A stretch of DNA of 64,000 nt, taken from contig CANRFY010000001.1 of NCBI GenBank assembly GCA_947630015.1, positions 9,894-73,893 of the forward strand, in the 5' to 3' direction. The translations under genes were made by a program, and so were the position numbers. Within the stretch, counting starts at the first letter, position 1. Every line of letters starts with the position of its first letter. The notes beneath the pieces are model-generated. The model was not told where the DNA came from. It was given only the letters and a program-made list of their open reading frames with translations, and did no database searches. Positions 10,100 through 19,152 of the stretch are shown piece by piece. Source of the stretch: an uncultured Clostridia bacterium. Its GTDB lineage: Bacteria; Bacillota; Clostridia; Oscillospirales; CAG-272.

Positions 10100-10798
10100 A
10101 TGAAAGACATTGAAAACGGCGCGCCCTCGCTCGGGCCGAGACTGCGCGCCGCCGCCGGATTCATACGGCGGGACGCCGTATTCGCCGATATAGGCACCGA
10201 TCACGCGCTTTTGCCGATCTGGGCGGTAAAAACGGGAGCGGCGGGCAGAGCGATCGCGTCGGATATTAACACGGGGCCGCTTTTGAGGGCGCGCGAAAAC
10301 GTGCGGCAAAACGGATGCTCGGGATCGATCGAATGCGTATTGTCGTCGGGATTTGACGCGCTTGACAGCCGCGGCATAACGGACGCGGCCATATGCGGCA
10401 TGGGCGGCGAGCTGATCGCGAAGATAGTCGGCGAGGCGGACTTTATAAAGCGACGCGGATTTCGGCTAATAATCCAGCCTATGACGATGCAAAACGCGGC
10501 GCGGCGCGGATTGTGGCAGAACGGATTCGGCATTGAATCCGAGATAACCGTATTCGAGGACGGCAAATATTACACCGTGATCTGCGCCGATTACACGGGA
10601 CAAGCAGAGGATCATGATGAATTTTACGCGCTGTACGGAGATCTTGCGTCGCGAAAATTCGAGCCATTTGACATAAGGCACGGATATTTTAAGGGACAGA
10701 TCAGCAAATACGAACGCATTATAAAAGGGAAGGGCGGAGTCGGACTTGACGTATCGGTCGAAACCGATATCGTGAGGCGGCTTTCGGAGGTTATGTAA
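10100..10798 (+). CDS. trmK: tRNA (adenine22-N1)-methyltransferase
   Basis: DIGTDHALLP motif. Shows the classic trmK-nif3 gene pairing. Confidence 0.8.
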   Translation: MKDIENGAPSLGPRLRAAAGFIRRDAVFADIGTDHALLPIWAVKTGAAGRAIASDINTGPLLRARENVRQNGCSGSIECVLSSGFDALDSRGITDAAICGMGGELIAKIVGEADFIKRRGFRLIIQPMTMQNAARRGLWQNGFGIESEITVFEDGKYYTVICADYTGQAEDHDEFYALYGDLASRKFEPFDIRHGYFKGQISKYERIIKGKGGVGLDVSVETDIVRRLSEVM

Positions 10799-10799
10799 T

Positions 10800-11573
10800 A
10801 TGGCGGCGACAGTGCGCGGGCTTGCGCAATATCTCGATGAAAGAATACCGCGATCGCTCTCATGCGAATGGGATAACGACGGCGTCATGGTATGCGGCGG
10901 CGACGGTGAACTAAAGAAAATTCTGCTGACGCTCGACGTGACGGCGGACGCGCTCGAATTTGCGGCAAACTGCGGCTGCGAATGCATCATATCGCATCAT
11001 CCGCTCATTTTCAAGCCGCTCCGTTCGCTCGCAGGCGATACCGTGTCGTCGCGCGCGGCGATTTATGCGATCACGCATGGAATAACGGTCATGTCGTATC
11101 ATACGCGCCTCGACGCGCTCGACGATTACGGCGTCAACGATACGCTTTGCGGCATCCTCGGCGTTGAAAACGCCGTCCCGTTCGGACCCGCGGGCGAGGC
11201 GATCGGCCGCATCGGCGAGCTGCGAGAGCCGATCCAGTTTGACGCTTTCTGCGTCAATGTCAAGGATTCGCTCGGCTCGGGAGGTCTTGTCGTCGTTGAC
11301 GCAGGCAGGGAAGTGAAAAAAATTGCGCTGATCGGCGGAGACGGGAAGGACTATCTGATGCCGGCAATAGCGGCGGGAGCCGATACGTTCCTCACAGGAC
11401 GATGCGGATATAATCTCGACATCGACGCCGCAGGATATGGCATAAACGTGATCGAAGCCGGCCATTACAACACGGAAGCGCCCGTGCTGCAATTGCTGCA
11501 AAAGCTGATATCGGAGGAATTCGGCGGCATAGAGTTCGTGTACTATAACAGCGACAAAACGAAGATTGTGTAG
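10800..11573 (+). CDS. Nif3-like dinuclear metal centre protein
   Basis: HHPLIFKPL motif, 257 aa, starts 1 nt after trmK. Confidence 0.85.
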   Translation: MAATVRGLAQYLDERIPRSLSCEWDNDGVMVCGGDGELKKILLTLDVTADALEFAANCGCECIISHHPLIFKPLRSLAGDTVSSRAAIYAITHGITVMSYHTRLDALDDYGVNDTLCGILGVENAVPFGPAGEAIGRIGELREPIQFDAFCVNVKDSLGSGGLVVVDAGREVKKIALIGGDGKDYLMPAIAAGADTFLTGRCGYNLDIDAAGYGINVIEAGHYNTEAPVLQLLQKLISEEFGGIEFVYYNSDKTKIV

Positions 11574-11578
11574 CGGAG

Positions 11579-12076
11579 TTACGGTCGTGCGAAGCTTTCA
11601 ATATACGCATCCGCTTCGTCTCGGGATTTGAAGATAACGACATCCTTGTCCGCTTTATACTGCTCTATGAGTGAATATATTTTCGGCAGCGTGTCGCGCG
11701 GAAAATCTTCTATCCATTGTCTGAATTCGGGATCGAATTCATCCTCGACCCACGGCAGGTCGTCGTGCCGCTTACCGACTCGCGACATCGCGCCCGATAT
11801 ACAGACGTCGAGCGGCATATCGAGCAGGAACACGGTGTCGCAGCATTTCAGACGCGCCTCGATCGTCCGCGTATAATTGCCGTCGATGATCCATTCGCCG
11901 CGGTTGAGGATCTCTTGCAGACGCGCGTCAAATTCTTCGCGCGCCACATTTGTCTTATCGGGCAGGTGCCAGATAAGATCGAGATGGTAGAGCGGCAGTC
12001 CGATGACGTCGCGCAGCTTGCGCGCGAACGTGCTTTTGCCGGCGCCCGGGCTTCCTATGATTATAACTTTTTTCAT
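11579..12076 (-). CDS. P-loop NTPase, adenylate-kinase/topology-modulation (FlaR)-like
   Basis: MKKVIIIGSPGAGKST Walker A at the N-terminus, 165 aa. Confidence 0.7.
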   Translation of the reverse strand: MKKVIIIGSPGAGKSTFARKLRDVIGLPLYHLDLIWHLPDKTNVAREEFDARLQEILNRGEWIIDGNYTRTIEARLKCCDTVFLLDMPLDVCISGAMSRVGKRHDDLPWVEDEFDPEFRQWIEDFPRDTLPKIYSLIEQYKADKDVVIFKSRDEADAYIESFARP

Positions 12077-12096
12077 CGTTTTAAAAGAATATGAGC

Positions 12097-12120
12097 GGCG
12101 TCCCGCATTTGCGGGACGCC
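12097..12120 (-). terminator. Hairpin downstream of rnhA
   Basis: Perfect 10-bp GC-rich stem GGCGTCCCGC/GCGGGACGCC with a 4-nt loop. The U tract on the minus strand is weak. Confidence 0.5.
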
Positions 12121-12147
12121 GCCGCTTTGCTTATGAATTTATGCCGG

Positions 12148-12588
12148 TTATTCGCGGTATTTCTCCGCTTCAGCCTGCGCGATTTTGTCGCACCGCTCGT
12201 TGTATTCGTGTCCGGCATGGCCGCGCGTCCACTCAAAGCTGACATGATGAACATCGCACAGTGACAAAAGCCGCTCCCAAAGCTCCGGATTAAGCGCCGG
12301 CTTGCCGTCCGACTTTTTCCATCCGCGCGACCGCCAGCTCTCGGCCCAGCCCTTTGTAATGCCGTTTATGACATACTGCGAGTCGGAGACGAGCGAGACG
12401 TCGCACGGGGATTTGAGCGCGCCGAGCGCTTCGATCACGGCGGTCAGCTCCATTCGGTTGTTTGTAGTGGACGGCTCGCCGCCTGACAGCACCTTTTCGA
12501 CGCCGTCGCATACAAGAATTGCGCACCAGCCGCCTGGCCCGGGATTTGATTTACACGAACCGTCGGTGTATATGGAAACCTTCTTCAA
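12148..12588 (-). CDS. rnhA: Ribonuclease HI
   Basis: [16 protein letters not shown] and TNNRMEL motifs. Apparent TTG start 3 nt after the upstream stop. Confidence 0.9.
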   Translation of the reverse strand: MKKVSIYTDGSCKSNPGPGGWCAILVCDGVEKVLSGGEPSTTNNRMELTAVIEALGALKSPCDVSLVSDSQYVINGITKGWAESWRSRGWKKSDGKPALNPELWERLLSLCDVHHVSFEWTRGHAGHEYNERCDKIAQAEAEKYRE

Positions 12589-12591
12589 TGC

Positions 12592-13026
12592 TTACTTTTG
12601 CAGCGAATTCTTCACGCCCTCGCACCAGTCGACGATCGCGCTGCGTTCCTCGACGGATATCTTTGACGCAAAGAGGCTGCCCGGGGCGACGAAATACGTA
12701 TCCTTTTCGAGTACGTTCGTTCCGGCAGATTTCGCCGTATCGATAAGCTGCTGCATTGAAGGCGTGACTGTCTTATCCTTGCTCTCGAATACGAACACTA
12801 CGTTCGCGGCTCTTGCGGGCGTAAGCTCGCCGATGAAGAGGCGGACGTTGTCCTCGACGCGTGCGCCGGCTGAGATCACAAGCACCACGAGGCGCTCGCG
12901 GTCGCAGGAATATGCCGGCGGGATAGTGTCAGCGATTGCGTGCTGATCGTTCTGAGCTTCGCCGAGCGCTGTGGCATAGCTTACGACCTTCTTATTTTTA
13001 GACGAATAGAGTACGCGCATTTTCAT
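12592..13026 (-). CDS. Hypothetical protein, possibly flavodoxin-like fold
   Basis: 144-aa ORF with a good RBS (GGAGGA). No diagnostic motif recognised. Confidence 0.5.
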   Translation of the reverse strand: MKMRVLYSSKNKKVVSYATALGEAQNDQHAIADTIPPAYSCDRERLVVLVISAGARVEDNVRLFIGELTPARAANVVFVFESKDKTVTPSMQQLIDTAKSAGTNVLEKDTYFVAPGSLFASKISVEERSAIVDWCEGVKNSLQK

Positions 13027-13152
13027 GGGTTTGAATCCTCCGAATATTGTTAATGTTATTATAACATAGGTCTATTATAACATACATTTGCGCAAATTTG
13101 AACAGGTTTTGTAAAATTTGATAAAAATTTTTTACAGTCGGACGGACAAAAT

Positions 13153-13180
13153 AAACGGCACGATCAAAATCGTGCCGTTT
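13153..13180 (-). terminator. Intrinsic terminator of the coaX/S-component unit
   Basis: 12-bp stem AAACGGCACGAT/ATCGTGCCGTTT with a CAAA loop. U-rich tail on the minus strand. Confidence 0.75.
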
Positions 13181-13198
13181 ATACTATTGACGCCTGTG

Positions 13199-13795
13199 TT
13201 AGTCTTTGTCGCGCTGCTTTTTGACGATATCGATGATACGAACGATTGCGGGATCAAGCACAAGGTTGATCGAAAGCTCGATGATGAAGTTTATACCGAC
13301 AAGGATGAATATGACATAAGCGGCGACGGACTGTCCTTCGCCTGCCGCCCACGACTTTATCGTCTCCCAGAAGAACAGACGGCATCCGATGAGGAATATG
13401 CCGGTATTCGTAACGGGGGAGAGTATGGACGCAGTTATGACGGCCGCATATCTGTTCTTTTTCTCAAGCAGTTTGTAGACTAATGCGGAGATCAGTCCGG
13501 CAAGCGTGCCTTTGGCAAGGACTGTGATGATCGTTCCGGCAATGTTGACCGCCAAAAACGTATCCGCGTCGTGAGTCAACAGAACTACTATGCCGAAAAC
13601 AAATCCGAGCCAAGCGCCGGTCCCGATGCCGTACAGCGCCGCGCCAAGCACGACGGGCATAAGTACGAGCGTGATCGAGAACTGAGTGAAGCGCAGATTC
13701 ATGCTTACGAATTGAAGAACGACTACAATTGCTGTAAGCAGCGCAGTTCCTACGAGCGCATTCGTGCGCTCACGGTTTTTCGTGACAGTATTCAT
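13199..13795 (-). CDS. ECF transporter S (substrate-capture) component, possibly pantothenate-specific (PanT-like) from context
   Basis: 198 aa, about 6 TM helices, typical S-component size. RBS GGAGGT. Lies downstream of coaX. Confidence 0.6.
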   Translation of the reverse strand: MNTVTKNRERTNALVGTALLTAIVVVLQFVSMNLRFTQFSITLVLMPVVLGAALYGIGTGAWLGFVFGIVVLLTHDADTFLAVNIAGTIITVLAKGTLAGLISALVYKLLEKKNRYAAVITASILSPVTNTGIFLIGCRLFFWETIKSWAAGEGQSVAAYVIFILVGINFIIELSINLVLDPAIVRIIDIVKKQRDKD

Positions 13796-13899
13796 TTTTA
13801 CCTCCGGGACTCAAACCCGTGCTGCCGCCCGAGAATACAACGGTGTGGCGCAGTGTGATTTATAATTACGGCCGGAGCCGGAATTATACAAAATATTTT

Positions 13900-14709
13900 T
13901 TATTGCCTGATATTCCTGAAATAGAGGGAAGCAATGCCTTTTACGGTCAGCGCTTCATCGTAGATGAATTTGTTCCTGCAATGAGCCGTGATCCGTTCGG
14001 CGAATTCTCCAGTGGCGATCAAGGCAAGCTTTTTGTCCGATCCCTTCGGGATTTCGGATTCGCGAATGCTTCTTACAAATCCGTCCAGCATCAGCGCGCT
14101 GCCGTTTATTATGCCCGAACGGACAGATTCAAACGTATCGCGTCCGATTATGGGAAGCTTGCCGTCGCCGAGCGCGACGGCGTCGAGCAGCTCAGCGTGT
14201 TCATGAAGCGCCGACGCTGAGATTCGCAGCCCGGGCGAAATTACGGTACCTCTGAACGTGCATGAATCGTCTACGTAAGTTATAGTATTTGCGGTACCCG
14301 CGTCAAATACGATGAGCGGCGGCTTGCAGATATCGAGCGCGGCAGCCGTGTTCGATACGATGTCGGAGCCGAGACAGGCGGGATCGTAAATGCCGATGCG
14401 AAAGCCTGTCTTTATGCCTGGCATTATGATATACGGTTTGGCGTGAGATATTATCGACGCAGCCTCGGCGACGGCAGGAAGCGCGCTCGGCACGACAGAC
14501 GAGATCGCGGCGCAGTCTATATCGGGATTGCTGCCGAGACGCAGCGACAGCACGCCGCTTATCAATGCGGCGTATTCGTCGGCGCTCACGTTTTTGCGAA
14601 CGGCGACGCGAGATATCATTACGGGATCAAACGGCGCAGATTGCGGCGCATCGGAAGAAAACAGCCCGAACGCAACGCTCGTATTGCCGATATCAATCGC
14701 TAAAAGCAT
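13900..14709 (-). CDS. coaX: Type III pantothenate kinase
   Basis: MLLAIDIGNT N-terminus. RBS AAAGGAG 7 nt before the ATG at 14709; the ORF-track start at 14742 is probably too long. Confidence 0.88.
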   Translation of the reverse strand: MLLAIDIGNTSVAFGLFSSDAPQSAPFDPVMISRVAVRKNVSADEYAALISGVLSLRLGSNPDIDCAAISSVVPSALPAVAEAASIISHAKPYIIMPGIKTGFRIGIYDPACLGSDIVSNTAAALDICKPPLIVFDAGTANTITYVDDSCTFRGTVISPGLRISASALHEHAELLDAVALGDGKLPIIGRDTFESVRSGIINGSALMLDGFVRSIRESEIPKGSDKKLALIATGEFAERITAHCRNKFIYDEALTVKGIASLYFRNIRQ

Positions 14710-14947
14710 CGTCCGGCTCCTTTCCGATTTCGCTTCCCTCAATTATACAAAATTTGCATTTTGTATAATTGGTTATATCGATCCGCGTATGGCTGAACAA
14801 GCCGTGCGTGCGGCTGTTCACGCGTCCCCTGCGGTTATCTTCGATATTATACAATAAATTCTCGGCGTTTGCAAGATTGATATTGTAAAAAAGTATCGGC
14901 GTATGGTACAATAAATCAGTTGAGATCATACTGTCACGCGGTGCTTT

Positions 14948-15640
14948 ATGTATAACGATTATTTTGCCGAGACTCATCTTCGTCTGTCCGACCCGAACGA
15001 TCACGATCAATTCAGGTTTATTCTTCGTTCATACTCAGAACGCAGGATCAAGCGAATCATACTCGCCGTCAACTACAGTGACTCCGAATCGTGCGCCATA
15101 CACAAAAGCGACCGCCGCGAGCTTTTGTATAACGCGCAAAAGCTTGCGTCACACACTAACGTCAAAATCAAAGCCGCGACCGTATTTGATCTCGATTACG
15201 GCATATCGCGTCTGCCTATGCTGCAAAGCCTCGCCTTCGACGGTCGATCCGGCAAATACGTATTTCTACGCATACTTCCTACGACCGATCCCGATATGAT
15301 CCCCGCCGAGCTGCACGGAATAATTTATCGGCAAAAGCTTATCCCCGTTATAACGTGCGCGGAACGCGCCGCCGCGTCCGTGCCTGATCGTTCGTACAAC
15401 TCCATTCTCAACATTCCGAACGCAGTTTATCAGATAAATATCTCGAGCCTGCAATCGACCGCCGCGCGCAAATTCGCACGCAGACTGATCATGCGCGGCA
15501 AAACCGTCGTATTCGGCAGCGGCGACAAATTCGATCAGTGCGTTTACGGCTCCGACTATTATACAAAATTTTTATCCGAGGTCGTCGGTTCAGATAAGCT
15601 CGGCTATTATGCGCTCCGTCACAACGCCGTTTTCGACTGA
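14948..15640 (+). CDS. Hypothetical protein; weak resemblance to a degenerate CpsB/YwqE-type PHP domain
   Basis: 230-aa ORF. The N-terminal ETHLRLSDPNDHD is only loosely like the HxHxLPGxDDG motif, with most metal ligands missing. Confidence 0.35.
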   Translation: MYNDYFAETHLRLSDPNDHDQFRFILRSYSERRIKRIILAVNYSDSESCAIHKSDRRELLYNAQKLASHTNVKIKAATVFDLDYGISRLPMLQSLAFDGRSGKYVFLRILPTTDPDMIPAELHGIIYRQKLIPVITCAERAAASVPDRSYNSILNIPNAVYQINISSLQSTAARKFARRLIMRGKTVVFGSGDKFDQCVYGSDYYTKFLSEVVGSDKLGYYALRHNAVFD

Positions 15641-15924
15641 TTCTGCGAATACTGTCTTCGTATCATGTACTTTCGCCGCGTCGCCTCTCCGCCTCGAATG
15701 TGGCGCTCCGCCTTATTCTTGTCCAATACCTCTTTAACGCGGACATAAAGCTCATGATCAGTTCGGCGCAGCCGCGACGACACGTCTTTATGCACGGTCG
15801 ATTTCGATATCCCGAAATATGCGGCGGCTCCGCGCACGGTGGCTCCATGCTCGAGTATGTATTCCCCTATCATCTCTTCCCTGTTTTTGCCGATCGGGGC
15901 GATATTAAGATTTATTGATTTCAA
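15619..15924 (-). CDS. spoIIID: Stage III sporulation transcriptional regulator SpoIIID
   Basis: ISKSTVHKDV HTH and RHIRGGEATRRKY motifs. TTG start at 15924 sits 7 nt after RBS GGGGAG. The longer ORF to 16002 overlaps the divergent gene. Confidence 0.85.
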   Translation of the reverse strand: MKSINLNIAPIGKNREEMIGEYILEHGATVRGAAAYFGISKSTVHKDVSSRLRRTDHELYVRVKEVLDKNKAERHIRGGEATRRKYMIRRQYSQNQSKTAL

Positions 15925-15987
15925 ATTACGGCTCCCCTTTTTTATTCGATCTTTACGAATACATTTTATGAGAGCCGCACCGTTTAT

Positions 15988-16782
15988 ATGAAAGGAACGC
16001 AAATGAAGAACGAGAGCGAAAAATATCTGCCGTCGAACGTATTCGAGGGGATGACGTCCGTCCGCGCCATCGTCAAAGCGCGCGACGACGGAGTATCCGA
16101 CAGGCGTATAAACGAGATATTATATGATAAATCGCGCGAGGCCAAGCTGTTCCGCGAGCTGTCATGGCTGTCGCGTATATCGGCGCGTCACGGCTTTGCG
16201 CTTACGCCGACGACATCCGATCGGATCGATGAACTCACGCTCGGCAAATCCCACGGCGGGATCGTTGCGCTGTGCGGCGAACGCACGATATCGACGCTCG
16301 ACGCCGAGAATATCGCTGACGGCGGGTTTTATGTAATGCTCGACGGGATCGAGGACCCGTACAATTTCGGCACTGCCGTAAGATCGGTATACGCATCCGG
16401 CGCTGACGGCATCATCCTCCCGCCGCGCAGCTGGATGAGCGCTGCCGGAATCGTATGCAGATCGTCGGCGGGCGCGTCCGAATTGTCCGCCATGTACGAA
16501 GATACGCCAGAATCTGCGATCGATAAATTCAAATCGCGCGGATATAAGATCGTCGCGTCCGATAAGCAGAGCGGATGCGCGATGTACGACGCCGATCTTT
16601 CGCTGCCGGTGTTCCTCATCGTAGGCGGCGAGCTGCGCGGCATATCGAAAAAGCTCATGCCGAAGACCGATATCACCGTGCGCATCGACTACGGGCGCGA
16701 ATTTCCCGCCGCGCTGTCGGCTCAATCGTCTGCGGCCGTGCTGGCGTTCGAGGTGTACAGACAAAATCACGTAAAAAAATAG
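15988..16782 (+). CDS. TrmH/SpoU-family RNA 2'-O-methyltransferase (RlmB-like)
   Basis: Typical SpoU C-terminal region (LIVGGELRGIS) following a substrate-binding N-domain. The start could be 15988 or 16003. Confidence 0.75.
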   Translation: MKGTQMKNESEKYLPSNVFEGMTSVRAIVKARDDGVSDRRINEILYDKSREAKLFRELSWLSRISARHGFALTPTTSDRIDELTLGKSHGGIVALCGERTISTLDAENIADGGFYVMLDGIEDPYNFGTAVRSVYASGADGIILPPRSWMSAAGIVCRSSAGASELSAMYEDTPESAIDKFKSRGYKIVASDKQSGCAMYDADLSLPVFLIVGGELRGISKKLMPKTDITVRIDYGREFPAALSAQSSAAVLAFEVYRQNHVKK

Positions 16783-16883
16783 CGACACATAAACAGTATC
16801 AAAAGACCGCCCGCACACCGGCAAGCCGGTGCGCGGGCGGTCTTGTTGCTGTGTTCAGCTGCGTTCTACCGCATAAAGGACCC

Positions 16884-17309
16884 TTAATTATTCCCTGCCA
16901 TTTGATTTTCGGCATATTTTACCTCATATGTTTCCATTTGCCCGCACAACATATTATAAAAGCCGAATCGCTCATAAAACGGCTTCAAGCGCTCTTCATA
17001 AACAACTGAGATCATGCAGATACGCTTTTCTTTCAGATATTCAATCATTTTATTCATCAGGTCTGTGCCGATCCCTTTGCCCTGGTAATCAGGACAAACC
17101 ATTAAATCCTGAATATATGCGTCCGTTACTCCGTTTGATACACAATCGATATACCCGATCAGTTTTTCATTTTCATAAACTGCAATATGGTAATAGGATG
17201 TCATCAAAGGGCTGTTATATTCTCTTTCCATCCTGCTCCAGCCCACAGATTCGCGCAAATCAGCCAATGCTTTTACAGATATTTTTTCGTTGAACTTGTA
17301 CACCAACAA
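16884..17309 (-). CDS. GNAT-family N-acetyltransferase
   Basis: PDYQGKGIGTDLM acetyl-CoA-binding motif, 141 aa. Confidence 0.8.
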   Translation of the reverse strand: MLVYKFNEKISVKALADLRESVGWSRMEREYNSPLMTSYYHIAVYENEKLIGYIDCVSNGVTDAYIQDLMVCPDYQGKGIGTDLMNKMIEYLKEKRICMISVVYEERLKPFYERFGFYNMLCGQMETYEVKYAENQMAGNN

Positions 17310-17328
17310 GTTTATCTCCCCCCGTTTA

Positions 17329-18069
17329 CTACGGATTGCAGCGTTTACACGGTGAATAGCCCTGTTCGATCAGCGTCTCGCGATCGCCCGTGTACTCTTC
17401 CCTGTTTGATTCCTTTATCTGTTTTACGGAGCTGCACGTCGGAAGATGAAACTTTTTGGAATTCGTATTCAGCACATATGTCCGTGTGCTGCTCGTATGC
17501 GGCGGCGTCGTATCCGGCGCCTGCTCTGTCCTGGGCGGCTCAGTTTCCGTCGGCTCTGTCGATGTATCAGGCGTCTCCGTATCAATCGGCTCGACCGGCG
17601 GCTCTATATCTGCGATAGTGTCGGGATCGTCTGCCGCGTCCGTATCGTCCCGAACCGGCGGCAGCTCTGTCGTATCCGGCGGCTCCGTCGACGGCGCGTC
17701 CGTGACGGCGTCGGCGTCATAATACACAATGTCGCCGTCTACGATCAGGACGACCTCGCCTCCGTCGAGATAAACGTCGCGCTTGCCGCTGTTCGTTCGG
17801 AACCTGTAATACGACGCGCCCGTATCGTGATCGTCCCACTTTCTGATATATTTAAGCTCGTCCGTCAATCCCGAATCGAGGATGAGCGCGTAAAGCTCCT
17901 CGGCGTCGCCGCGTTCGAGTCCCATTTGCTCGCAGATTATACTGATCGCGCCGTCATATTCGCCGTTTGCGACGGCGGCCGTTCCGCTCGAATTTGCCGA
18001 AACTCCGCATGATACCGCCGAGGCCGGCAAGATTATGATCAATAATAACGCTATGATCCGCTTTGTCAT
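17329..18069 (-). CDS. Predicted lipoprotein with an acidic Pro/Thr/Asp-rich linker and a C-terminal Cys-rich (Ada-like zinc) module
   Basis: MTKRIIALLLIIILPASAVSCG signal/lipobox. C-terminal HLPTCSSV...SPCKRCNP. The internal ATG at 18069 is preferred over 18156. Confidence 0.6.
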   Translation of the reverse strand: MTKRIIALLLIIILPASAVSCGVSANSSGTAAVANGEYDGAISIICEQMGLERGDAEELYALILDSGLTDELKYIRKWDDHDTGASYYRFRTNSGKRDVYLDGGEVVLIVDGDIVYYDADAVTDAPSTEPPDTTELPPVRDDTDAADDPDTIADIEPPVEPIDTETPDTSTEPTETEPPRTEQAPDTTPPHTSSTRTYVLNTNSKKFHLPTCSSVKQIKESNREEYTGDRETLIEQGYSPCKRCNP

Positions 18070-18175
18070 ATCGTTCCGCTTTCGAATGTTTACAGGCAAT
18101 AAAGAACTATATCCGCCCTCGCCTGTCGTTTTTTGTCGATATATAAAATATATCATAAAACGAATATGATGTCAA

Positions 18176-18208
18176 CGAAAAAGCTCCAATACGATCCGTA
18201 TCGGAGCT
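18176..18208 (-). terminator. Intrinsic terminator of the tRNA cluster
   Basis: 12-position stem with one mismatch, 3-nt loop, then UUUUU on the minus strand. Confidence 0.7.
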
Positions 18209-18220
18209 GCATATCACAAG

Positions 18221-18295
18221 GGTGAGTGATGGGACTCGAACCCACGGCCTTCAGGGCCACAACCTGACGCTCTAACCAACTGAGCTACACCCACC
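18221..18295 (-). tRNA. tRNA-His (GTG)
   Basis: Hand-folded cloverleaf: extra G-1 paired with C73, TAGCTCAGTTGGTTAGAGC D-arm, anticodon loop TTGTGGC, GGTTCGAGTCC T-arm. Confidence 0.9.
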
Positions 18296-18301
18296 GTATA
18301 C

Positions 18302-18375
18302 CGTACCTGGAGGGACTCGAACCCGCGACCTACTGCTTAGAAGGCAGTTGCTCTATCCGGCTGAGCTACAGGTAC
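18302..18375 (-). tRNA. tRNA-Arg (TCT)
   Basis: Acceptor GTACCTG/CAGGTAC, anticodon stem ACTGC/GCAGT, loop CTTCTAA, T-loop TTCGAGT. Confidence 0.88.
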
Positions 18376-18378
18376 ATA

Positions 18379-18450
18379 AGCGGGTGATGGGAATCGAACC
18401 CACGTATCCAGCTTGGAAGGCTGGCGTACTAACCATTGTACTACACCCGC
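18379..18450 (-). tRNA. tRNA-Gly (TCC)
   Basis: Acceptor GCGGGTG/CACCCGC, anticodon stem CCAGC/GCTGG, loop CTTCCAA, T-loop TTCGATT. Confidence 0.9.
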
Positions 18451-18477
18451 ATAGCACGGCTTTTTGCACGCTCAAAT

Positions 18478-18506
18478 ATAATATCATAATATTCGGGGCT
18501 TGTCAA
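18478..18506 (-). promoter_or_regulatory. Sigma-A-type promoter for the tRNA cluster
   Basis: Minus strand reads TTGACA-N17-TATTAT, about 28 nt upstream of tRNA-Gly. Confidence 0.65.
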
Positions 18507-18627
18507 GAGAAAAATCACAAGAAAAACGAAAGAATATCTTCAGGAATATTAAATGATTATATATTTACACACGCGCGGCCGTGTGGTAAAATAAAACCGA
18601 AATCAAGCGAGAAAAGGAGCATTTCGC

Positions 18628-19116
18628 ATGATCCGTTCGCGAAAAATCGCAATATTTGTTATTATCCCGCTCTGTCTCGTCCTCGCCGCCGCGGTCGCTG
18701 TGTTCTCCCCCTATTTATACAACAACAGCGTGATGCGCTCGATGAACAGCTGGTTATACGGCGAGATGTCGCGTCTGTCGGACGCCGGAGGCGGCGATAT
18801 CGTTGTCGTCGAGCAGCAAAGCGCGTGCGGAAAGCTGTGCGGCAACGGAAACGGGATGCAGTTCTTCTCCGCCGTGCTGCTCCACGCATCGTCAGACGTG
18901 AGGCTTGAAATTATCGATCAGGCGATCGACGCGCTTCAGCTCGAATTCGACGACGCAGGCGCGCTCGAGATAAACGACGCCTCGCCCGACATCCCGTGCG
19001 TCGATCATGCGTATATACAATTCGATCATTTCGGCGAGGACGACATGGGAAAATATATCGTCGTTTACATTTTTGATTCCGACAGCGGCAGCGATTTTGA
19101 CATTCGCGCGCATTAA
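18628..19116 (+). CDS. Hypothetical membrane-anchored protein
   Basis: RBS AAAGGAG, one N-terminal TM helix, no recognised domain. Confidence 0.55.
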   Translation: MIRSRKIAIFVIIPLCLVLAAAVAVFSPYLYNNSVMRSMNSWLYGEMSRLSDAGGGDIVVVEQQSACGKLCGNGNGMQFFSAVLLHASSDVRLEIIDQAIDALQLEFDDAGALEINDASPDIPCVDHAYIQFDHFGEDDMGKYIVVYIFDSDSGSDFDIRAH

Positions 19117-19152
19117 ATCTGTCAGATTATATTTTTAGGAGGATTTTCCGCT

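Noticed and set aside
18348-18908. A 186-aa plus-strand ORF spanning the tRNA cluster.
   Set aside because: It overlaps three well-folded tRNA genes and their promoter. It also runs into the better-supported gene at 18628, which has an RBS. The composition is Arg-rich junk.
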